In this document: positions 1-7,032 of the stretch, one piece after another
Numbering within the stretch: position 1 is the stretch's first letter
How the letters are laid out: each line of letters opens with the position of its first letter
DNA from: Octopus sinensis
Lineage: Eukaryota
NCBI RefSeq assembly: GCF_006345805.1
Contig: NW_021829061.1
Span: forward strand, 1 to 7,032
DNA length: 7,032 bases
Reading direction: 5' to 3'
Notes under the pieces: model-generated
Told to the model about the DNA's origin: nothing
Databases searched by the model: none
What the model saw: only the letters and a program-made list of their open reading frames with translations
Program-made: the position numbers and the translations under genes

Positions 1-128
1 GACAAAAGAGACCAGAGTAAGTACTAGCCTTAAGAATAGGTCTTTGTGTCGTTTTGTTTACCTAAAACCCTTTAAAGATCTAGCATGGTCGCAGTCAAAT
101 GACTGAAACATAAAAGATTTAAAGAATG
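1..128 (+). mobile_element. 3' portion of a tRNA-derived octopus-type SINE, cut by the window edge
   Basis: 'taagtactagccttaagaataggtc...ctaaaaccctttaaagatctagcatggtcgcagtcaaatgactgaaacataaaagatttaaagaa' resembles the 3' end of an abundant octopus SINE family as I recall it (...ccagcatggccgcagtcaaatgactgaaacaagtaaaag). It ends in an A-rich tail. Recognised from memory, not searched. Confidence 0.65.
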
Positions 129-344
129 AATATGCATGTATGTATTTGTTTGTTTGTGTGAGTGTTTGTCTTAAAGTATGTTTAGTAGCTATATTTACAA
201 GGTTATTCCCATATGTTCACCCAAGTAAATCCAAAGGAAGAATCTGTGAAATGTTCTAAAATACTAAGACATTCGTTAAAGTAATGATCAATTCAATTTG
301 GAGGATGTGAGACTGTTTGATTTGTTTCTTTTTTTTTCCCCGTT

Positions 345-421
345 AACCTTAGAAATTCGAAGTTGTTACACAAATCCGCTGATACAAAACTTAGTCCTAG
401 TCCCTAGGATAATAGGGACAA
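345..421 (+). repeat. Dispersed ~76-bp direct repeat, copy 1 (partner at 1326-1400)
   Basis: Manual ungapped alignment of 345-395 with 1326-1376 gives 42/51 identities. Both copies then share the exact 14-mer gataatagggacaa. Confidence 0.85.
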
Positions 422-1111
422 ACGAAACTTATATGTGGTCTGAATACTATTGTTTCTCATTAGGTTAACATATATGTTCTATTAACCCAACTTTCGACAA
501 TACATTCACATTACAAATGCAACTAAAATTTACAGCCATATTTCATAGACAATTTCATGTCTGTTTACACCGGTTTGCTATTTTTACTGGAATATTCTAC
601 TGTTATTCATTATGATTTTAATGTATATATATATTTTTTCACGCGTATATATATGCGTTAATGCATAACCATGTTTTTCCACATTTTGGTAAAAGTACAT
701 ACTATAAACTAAATCTCTGGAATGCTTTACATTTTTTCGAAATTTCATTAACGACTTGTAGTTGTAATTAGCCGTGTCCTATATGGTTTCGTTAACCGAT
801 TTCTATATCGTTACGAATATTTCGGCTCATCTCAAATTGTCCGTGTATGTTTGTCATCGAGGTGATAAAATAAGGTTGAAACAGCAAGCATGAAGATCCA
901 CCATGATATTACTATGGCTCCCTATGTATTTTACCACGCAAATCTCTGTGAGAAAAATACTACAGCTACTACCGTTCTACGTTCGTTTACTTATTGCGTA
1001 CAATATTTTCTAACACTTCATTCCTTATACATGTGAATGTAAACGCATTCATTGAGGTGTGTGTGTGTGGTGTCACCGTAAAACATGATTATTTCTACAG
1101 ATTCTGCCTCC

Positions 1112-1141
1112 ATATATATATATATATATATATTTATACAT

Positions 1142-1212
<71 letters not shown>

Positions 1213-1284
1213 TATATATACAGTTCATATATATATATATACATATAGATACACACACACACACACATCACACACACACCACCG

Positions 1285-1325
<41 letters not shown>
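1112..1325. repeat. Compound (TA)n/(CA)n microsatellite
   Basis: Alternating TA and CA dinucleotide blocks seen directly. They explain the YIYI/THTH ORFs. Confidence 0.97.
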
Positions 1326-1326
<1 letters not shown>

Positions 1327-1400
1327 ACCTAAGCATTTCGAAGCTGTTACACAAATCTGCTACTACAAAGCCTAGTGCACCTGTAAGATAATAGGGACAA
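1326..1400 (+). repeat. Dispersed ~76-bp direct repeat, copy 2 (partner at 345-421)
   Basis: Same alignment as copy 1. This copy starts right after the (TA)n tract. Confidence 0.85.
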
Positions 1401-1634
1401 TTGAGAGCAGCTGAAGATTGCTCTACATTTTAAATTGATGTAATGATTGCATTGTTCAATTAAATGGAGTCGCATAAAACGATCGTACTGCATTACCTCT
1501 GGATATCCTTGTTGCTTTTTTTCATTTAAATCACCTTATTTCAAATTGAATGGACAATACCATACTAAATTCTGGTGCCTCAACTTAAGTACCATATTCA
1601 TCTCAATCTATATATATATAAATATTTATATATA

Positions 1635-1702
1635 AAGAAATGGAGTTGAATGAACGTGTTATTCAAATCTTTGAACAACACCTGCGTTGAACTCCATTTC
1701 TT
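1635..1702. repeat. 68-bp imperfect palindrome (MITE-like or hairpin-RNA-like)
   Basis: The 33-nt arms pair without gaps at 28/33 positions around a 2-nt centre. The outer 13 bp are perfect (aagaaatggagtt / aactccatttctt). Confidence 0.85.
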
Positions 1703-1843
1703 AATTATCTTTGTTTTACAAAACCATTTCACTAAACCCTGGAACTTCTACATTTATACGTAGTTTGTAACGTCTTTGGCACTTATGAGAATGTCTGTTA
1801 ACCTGGTAACTATATTTATTTTCCGTGTTCTGTGTACACACTG

Positions 1844-1845
<2 letters not shown>

Positions 1846-1907
<62 letters not shown>

Positions 1908-1934
1908 TATATATATATATATATAATATATTAC

Positions 1935-1973
<39 letters not shown>
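1846..1973. repeat. (TA)n microsatellite, partly interrupted
   Basis: Seen directly. Confidence 0.97.
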
Positions 1974-2008
1974 ACATAACACTTTAGTTAAAGCAAAGTA
2001 AAATTGAA

Positions 2009-2084
2009 GTCTTACAGCTGTTTCTGTGATATCTCAAGTGATAGGCTACCATGTCCGAATACTGGGTATTCCGTCATCAGAGAC
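2009..2084 (-). ncRNA. Type I minimal hammerhead ribozyme motif of the kind carried by Penelope-like elements, possibly degenerate
   Basis: The minus strand reads GUCU-CUGAUGA-(49 nt)-GAAA-C-AGCU-G-UA-AGAC. Both core boxes, the GUH triplet (GUA), a 4-bp stem I (GUCU/AGAC) and a palindromic ACAGCUGU helix III are in the correct order. The base of stem II does not pair canonically. Confidence 0.6.
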
Positions 2085-2250
2085 AAGGTGAGTACGTATG
2101 TTCTAGACAGGCAAATTCACAGTTTATAACGGATAAAATAGAAGAATAAAGAGTGAAAGTAGATGGAATACTAACAGAAGAATGAAGTTCACAGTTCATC
2201 TTTTTACAGAGGTTATAGAGGCTCGTTTAACCGAACACTTCAAGAGTTTT

Positions 2251-2268
2251 ATATCTATCTATCTATCC

Positions 2269-2318
<50 letters not shown>

Positions 2319-2325
2319 ATCTATC

Positions 2326-2356
<31 letters not shown>

Positions 2357-2377
2357 CTAATTACCTCTCTCTCTCTC

Positions 2378-2409
<32 letters not shown>
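2251..2409. repeat. Compound (ATCT)n-(CT)n-(TA)n microsatellite
   Basis: Seen directly. It explains the SIYL-repeat ORF 2182..2427. Confidence 0.97.
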
Positions 2410-2522
2410 ACTCTCCAGAAATTTTAAAATATAAAATTTGCGGAGAGTTAGACCTTCGAACGAACAAGCGACAGAGTAGACGTTCAGGGTAAACAATCAA
2501 CAATCGACGGAGACAAACATAA

Positions 2523-2560
2523 ATATACCCATATATACACATATATACCCATATATATCC
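2523..2560. repeat. Short ~10-bp tandem repeat (atatataccc-like, about 4 units)
   Basis: atataccc atatatacac atatataccc atatatatcc seen directly. Confidence 0.75.
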
Positions 2561-2564
2561 TTTA

Positions 2565-3072
2565 TTCTCCTCCTCCCTCCCGTTGCTGACACGCGACGAG
2601 AAGGCCACTACTGCCTTTCTGGCCCGGCTTCCATCAAGTGTAGACGGTTTTCCCTGTCTCTCTCGCCGTTCTCAAAGCGTTCAAAATATTTTTTCATTCG
2701 TTCTGGCTTAACAGCCCTTAATGTTCGTGTTACTGTTATTCTCCTTGTCCTGTCGTTTACTGTTTATATTTTGTATTGTTTGTACTGTCCTGTTATTGTT
2801 ACCATTTTAACCCCTCCGCAAAAAAATCTCAAATCTTATTTAATTTGCTTTTGCGAGAAGGACTGTTTCAATGAAGTCGTGTCTCGCCTTTATCTTCGAA
2901 ACGCGGAGTAGATGAAACAGAGACGGCTGGAGAAGGGGAATGTTCCTTGTGTTGTATGTTTTGTACTCTATTTTTTCGTTGTTTAAGAAAAATGTCCATT
3001 TCCTTGGTTTTGTATTTATGTTTTCGTTTCTCATTGTGTTCGACGTTTTTTTTTTTTTTGGTGTCCTGTACC
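2565..3072. mobile_element. Putative interspersed repeat fragment(s), relatively CpG-rich, family unassigned (possibly Penelope-like terminal repeat)
   Basis: Higher-complexity, T-biased sequence between microsatellites. Parts (gaaggggaatgttccttgtgttg, gtttctcattgtgttcgacg...ggtgtcctgtaccc) resemble repeats I recall from octopus DNA. No coding homology seen. Confidence 0.3.
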
Positions 3073-3228
3073 CATATATGCATGTATATATACATATAGA
3101 TGTAGGTACGTACATATATGTATGTATATATGCATATGTTTTATTTATTATTTGGCTTATATACATACACATATACATACATATATATATGTATATATGT
3201 AAATATGTATATATGTATATATATATAA

Positions 3229-3267
<39 letters not shown>

Positions 3268-3290
3268 TACGTGCATGATTACATATGTGG
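3073..3290. repeat. Degenerate (TA)/(TACA)/(TATG) low-complexity tract
   Basis: Seen directly. Confidence 0.9.
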
Positions 3291-3512
3291 GTGTGACTGT
3301 TAATTTTATGTTTCACGTGTTTTTGTATCTGTGCGGTGTCATTGTAGGAAAACATATGTAAGTAATTTTCATCACAAACAACTACTTGTTCATGGTGGTG
3401 TTTTTTGTCAGATTCTGCTAATCAGCCTTGCTGTCACCTAACCTCCAGCACCACCCTTAATGAAAAACCGAGTGCATATATGCAGTGTGTCTGTGTATGT
3501 TTGCGTAAATGC

Positions 3513-3536
3513 GTATATAATATATATATATATATA

Positions 3537-3601
<65 letters not shown>

Positions 3602-3650
3602 AATATATATATATATGTATTATGTTCATGTGTATACGTGTATGTATGTA
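3513..3650. repeat. (TA)n microsatellite with (TATG) flank
   Basis: Seen directly. Confidence 0.95.
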
Positions 3651-3964
3651 TAGGTCTATATGGCTTGACAATTACCAGATATGCTGTGCATGGCGATGGT
3701 TGCTTTTTCATTTCGTAGTTTCCACTGTATGTTGTGTTATGAGATTTGTATTCTACATTATCGCATAAGGTGGAATAAAATGGAATGGTAAGTTTTGGAT
3801 TGGCTTGGTTTTGTATTATGGTGGTCCCGCGTTAGCTCTACAATAATGTAAATATGTGGTCGGAAGAAATTATTTTTGTAATACTTATCAGTGATGGCTA
3901 GATATGATGTAGACTCCAAAAGTGGTATGCCATCGTGTCGTTTTTTTTTATATACTTTTGCTTG

Positions 3965-3970
3965 TTATTA

Positions 3971-4025
<55 letters not shown>

Positions 4026-4225
4026 CATTATTATTATTATTATCGTTATTATTGTTGTTGGTGCTGTTATTATTTTATTATTACTTTCATCTTCATTACC
4101 ACATCACCATCACTATCACCACCACCACCACCACCACCACCACCACCATCACGATCATCATCATCAGCGTCGTTGTTGTTCCTTTTGTTGTTATCGTTAT
4201 TATTCTTATACTTGTTGCTGCTGTT
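3965..4225. repeat. Compound trinucleotide microsatellite (TTA)n-(CAC)n-(CAT)n-(GTT/TTA)n
   Basis: Seen directly. It produces the poly-Y/I/L and poly-P/H/T ORFs at 3891-4300. Confidence 0.96.
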
Positions 4226-4999
4226 ATTAGTGTTGTTATTATTTGGTTAGGTTGCCGTAAGCGTTTTAAGGTTATGGAATGTCTGTGTGTTTTGTTATGA
4301 TTTAGTCGTGGGTGAAATATAGTTTTGTGTAACAGTAGGGTGATGTTGGGATTCGTTGTGGTGTAGGTGTCCTGTAAAATGGCGTGGTGTGTTGTGAAAT
4401 GGCGTGGTTTATGATGACGCTAGTACGGTTGACAATAAATCCTTTATGCAACTGCTAGTTTCTACAACCGTTCTTCTTTCATCTGTATTCTATTAAACAC
4501 AGACTTTGTTAGTATAAACATAAGACTACATACGACTATTATCAATGGTGTTAGTGAGGGCGATGGATAACAGGGGTGGAGACTAACTGTTCATTCTCGT
4601 TGGCTTGTGTTTTTAAATACTTGCATTTCCCCCTCACAATATTTACAATCAAAGCAAAATCTAGAATTTTAGAAAGAAAAATATAAAACAAATTTCTTGC
4701 AAAAATTAAAATAAATTTGAATAAATACCAAAAGTAAATAAATATAAGAGAGAACTGTGTTGAGCAGTTTTTGTTCTTGATTTTGAAAGTTTTTAGAGTA
4801 TTGAAAATTTTTTTTTTGCAGATTGAGCTTCTAACTTTACTGAAAAGTGCACTGCATAGCTGACCAACATTTAATAAATTGATTCCTTGTGAAGAAATTT
4901 GGAACCAAATCCTGAAGAAAAAATGCAGAAGTCGTTCTAGGAATACTGCACTTACTCACATCCTCTTTCAAGAGTAGTACTTTCAAAGAATAGGCAGAG

Positions 5000-5044
5000 C
5001 AAGGTTTCTCAAACCTCTAAGTATGCGTACTCTTGAGAGTACGC
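5000..5044 (+). mobile_element. Possible terminus of a hAT (Charlie-like) non-autonomous DNA transposon
   Basis: caaggtttctcaaac resembles the CAG(T/G)GTT(T/C)CTCAAAC-type terminal repeat of hAT-Charlie elements. It is followed by the subterminal hairpin gcgtactct-tg-agagtacgc (5025-5044). No partner terminal repeat found. Confidence 0.35.
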
Positions 5045-5052
5045 CAAAAAAA

Positions 5053-5928
5053 CTTTCTCTTTATTTAATTCATTGTAAGGGTTTTCTTCTGAGCAGCTAT
5101 AATCAGTGTTTCAACTGTTCATTTCTTGTTTCCGTATATCAGTCACAACCAGCATTCATTACGACCAACTTTCTATCTTTGTTGCATGAAATGTCCCTAT
5201 AATCCCTTTTCTCTCTAGCTTTTGGGCCTGTTGTTACTCTTTCTGTTCTTGAATTCTCCTACCGTTTCAGTGACTTTGTGAATATTTCTAGCCGCAGACA
5301 GCATTCTTCACTATGTATAACATTTTTCAAACCCAGTATTACTATACAAATGGTGTCTTCTGCATTTAACAAAACTTTGTTTTCTTTCTTGGTAAGGGGA
5401 ACTTGTCGAGATAACTGTTTAGGCGGGGGCACGTCGTGCATTATAAGCAACTTCATAGTTTTTCGATCTAATTCCTTAACCTCTGTCTTTGACCCTTTTA
5501 CAAAAGGAACAGAGTATCTCAACACTATCATGGTACATTCCATTTAATTGCCTAATCCTTCCCTTGTACTCTTTCGAAAGTTCCTCCCTCATTTCTCTTT
5601 CCATTACCTTATCGTTCTGCATCACCGTTACGTATTTGTATCCTGCATCATCTTTAAATAATCTAATGATATCATATTAAGTTAAATTTGTACTATCAGA
5701 TTTAATTTATCAGTCTCTCTTTATAACTAAAACTGTATACTTATTCACCCCATAATGCATCTCAATACCCTTGCAATATTTTTTATGTCTGAGTAAGAGA
5801 ATCCAGGTCTTTTCGTTTTTGGTGTTTACTGTAAGACCAACCATACGTAGCGTATACTTTATTTTCTTCCTAATCTTCGTAAGCTCATGAGATGATCTGC
5901 GATCAAGTAAAGTAATGAACAGAGCAAG
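5053..5928 (-). pseudogene. Degenerate R4/Dong-clade non-LTR retrotransposon ORF fragment (RT C-terminal half, thumb and linker)
   Basis: Manual translation: ...KIKYTL-RMVG-LTVNTKNEK... (RMVG at 5836-5847 occupies the YMDD position), GIEMHYGVNKYTVLVIKR, GYKYVTVMQ, ELSKEYKGRIR, then after a frameshift/deletion VLRYSVPFVKGSKTEVKELDRKTMKLLIMH, LLNAEDT, and W.*LIYGNKK*TVETLIIAAQKKTLTMN*IK. These follow, in order, the R4/Dong motifs NHLLYMDDLKLYAKNEK, IGMEFGLDKCAVL, GYKYLG, VLRYS..ELDRKTRKLLTMH and ETESLIIAAQEQALRTN. Several stops and frameshifts are present. Confidence 0.88.
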
Positions 5929-5951
5929 TCATTATTATCATTATCATGAGT

Positions 5952-6178
5952 AATCGGCGAGCTGACAGAATCGTTAGCACGCTGGGCAAAATGCTAAGCG
6001 GCATTTCGTCCGTTTGTACTTTCTGAGTTCAAATTCCGCTAAGGTCTACTTTGCCTTTCATCCGTTCGTGGCCGATAAATTAAGTACCACTCAAGCACTG
6101 GTATCGATGTAATCGACTTGTCACCTCCTGCCAAATTTCAGACTTTGTGCTTAGAGTAGAACAGATTATTATTATTAT
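5952..6178 (+). mobile_element. Near full-length tRNA-derived SINE (octopus type) with (ATT)n tail
   Basis: Pol III A-box-like tgacagaatcg (5963-5973), B-box gttcaaattcc (6027-6037), central block gcctttcatccgttcgtggccgataaattaagtacc resembling a conserved SINE core (Nin-like, from memory), and an (ATT)n tail at 6165-6178. Confidence 0.85.
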
Positions 6179-6254
6179 GAGTCTTTCTTTCAATTTTGCT
6201 TCCATTCCTTTCCGAGTGTCTTTCCGACTCCTCGGCCAAAGAAACTCACTGTAG

Positions 6255-6601
6255 ACATTGATAGGCCATAAAACTAAACATACCAGATTGTTTATATTTA
6301 AAATGAAATGAAAAAAGCAAAATTTGTTTATTGCTTAACATGATTATTCCTTGTGATCATAATATCGCAGCAAAAAAATTTGACAAGCTCAGAAAATACA
6401 AAGATTTGCTAATTGAAATTGAAAAAAATGTGGCATCTCAAGGTGGTTACGATATCATTGATTGTAGGATCACTTGGAATGATCAAAGAAGGGACTGAAA
6501 ATTATTTGAGAATGATCCCAGGTTTACCATCCCTGCAAGAAGTGCAAAAAATTGTTTTAACTAGTATGTCACACGTATTGAGAAGAGCATTGTCGATTTG
6601 A
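6255..6601 (+). pseudogene. Degenerate R4/Dong-clade retrotransposon 3' fragment: restriction-like endonuclease (PD-(D/E)xK) domain to the stop codon
   Basis: From 6268: IKLNIPDCLYLK*NEKSKICLLLNMIIPCDHNIAAKKFDKLRKYKDLLIEIEK, then a +1 frameshift in the A7 run (6422-6428), then MWHLKVVTISLIVGSLGMIKEGTENYLRMIPGLPSLQEVQKIVLTSMSHVLRRALSI*. This matches the R4-type pattern I.ANRPD..IDxxIP.D.N..K...K..KY..L..E...MW....P.I.GALG...QK..L.GTAHILR. Confidence 0.9.
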
Positions 6602-6749
6602 GAACGATTACAACCAACGTATTCAAATTTTTGTTTTTTTTTCATTCTCTCTCTCCCCCTCCCTCTCTTCAGTATAATTCTCAAGTAGAATCAGCCTGAT
6701 GCATAATATGACATAGCTGCCCTTTTTAGAATTGCAGGTACAAGCCATC

Positions 6750-6830
6750 CAACGAGCTTCCAGACATTTTCTGTCTACCCAGTTTCACTTATATATCTAG
6801 GATCTACTAGAGACTATGCCAAATGATACT
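6750..6830 (-). mobile_element. Short decayed remnant of another octopus-type SINE, reverse orientation
   Basis: gagcttccagacattttctgtctacccagtttcact...ctactagagactatgccaa resembles the reverse complement of a common octopus SINE body as I recall it (agcttccacacagtttccgtctaccaaattccact...ctatagtagaagacacttgcccaa). Confidence 0.45.
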
Positions 6831-7032
6831 CTTTTAAGATGCAATCAAATCGGCTATAAAACCCAGTATTTATGAGGCAATATTTTTACCGCTCTGTCAT
6901 GCCTGCATCGATACAGAATACACAAAATGTAACAAGGAAGAATATAGGGATTAATGTAGCTCTGGACACACTATGTCTGATAAATGGATGGGTTATAGGT
7001 AAATTCAATCAGATATCAAACAAACAGATATG

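Noticed and set aside
641-658. Near-palindrome acgcgtatatatatgcgt
   Set aside because: Mostly a self-complementary TA run; too short to be meaningful.
890-1036. 48-aa ORF MKIHHDITMAPYVFYHANLCEK...
   Set aside because: Short, no recognisable homology and no convincing splice context; expected by chance.
994-1375. ORFs 994..1248+, 1073..1264- and 1085..1375+
   Set aside because: They stay open only because (TA)n/(CA)n tracts lack stops. YIYI/THTH translations are not evidence of coding.
1720-1770. KTISLNPGTSTFIRSL* as a possible R4-type C-terminal scrap
   Set aside because: Only faint similarity to QK..LLGTA.ILR and no upstream endonuclease motifs.
1447-2608. ORFs 1447..1635+, 1716..1982-, 1776..1979+, 2182..2427+ and 2357..2608-
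   Set aside because: Short, mostly microsatellite-driven, with no recognisable domain.
1098-3419. Shared 10-mer cagattctgc after T-rich tracts near 1100 and 3410
   Set aside because: No extension on either side; compatible with chance.
2840-3711. ORFs 2840..3355-, 2868..3095-, 2940..3278+, 3405..3653+, 3438..3671- and 3457..3711-
   Set aside because: They overlap low-complexity TA tracts in several frames at once and contain no protein motifs.
3891-4300. Poly-Y/I/L/P/H/T ORFs
   Set aside because: Three overlapping frames over a trinucleotide microsatellite; an artefact.
4650-4750. A-rich stretch
   Set aside because: No clear periodicity or element boundary; ordinary low-complexity DNA.
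5278-5680. + strand ORFs 5278..5547 and 5489..5680 (and 6502..6684-)
   Set aside because: Antisense shadows of the retrotransposon fragments.
1-7032. CRISPR array, prokaryotic operon, rRNA or genuine tRNA genes
   Set aside because: No repeat-spacer pattern, no gene-dense organisation and no rRNA-like sequence. The only tRNA-like boxes belong to a SINE head.

Overview
AT-rich, non-coding eukaryotic DNA dominated by microsatellites ((TA)n, (CA)n, (ATCT)n, (TTA)n, (CAC)n) and decayed retroelements. The SINE-like sequences and the microsatellite load look like an octopus (cephalopod) genome; this comes from recalled family sequences, not a database search. I find no intact protein-coding gene, and most ORFs in the track are stop-free readings of microsatellites. 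Recognisable elements are two pseudogenised fragments of R4/Dong-clade (RLE-type) non-LTR retrotransposons lying in divergent orientation (RT/thumb on -, restriction-like endonuclease on +), a near full-length tRNA-derived SINE between them, two further SINE remnants and a possible hAT-type terminus. The best candidate for something biologically active is a Penelope-type minimal hammerhead ribozyme motif on the - strand (2009-2084). A 68-bp gap-free palindrome and a ~76-bp dispersed repeat pair are also unexplained. I see no support for a novel multi-gene system.
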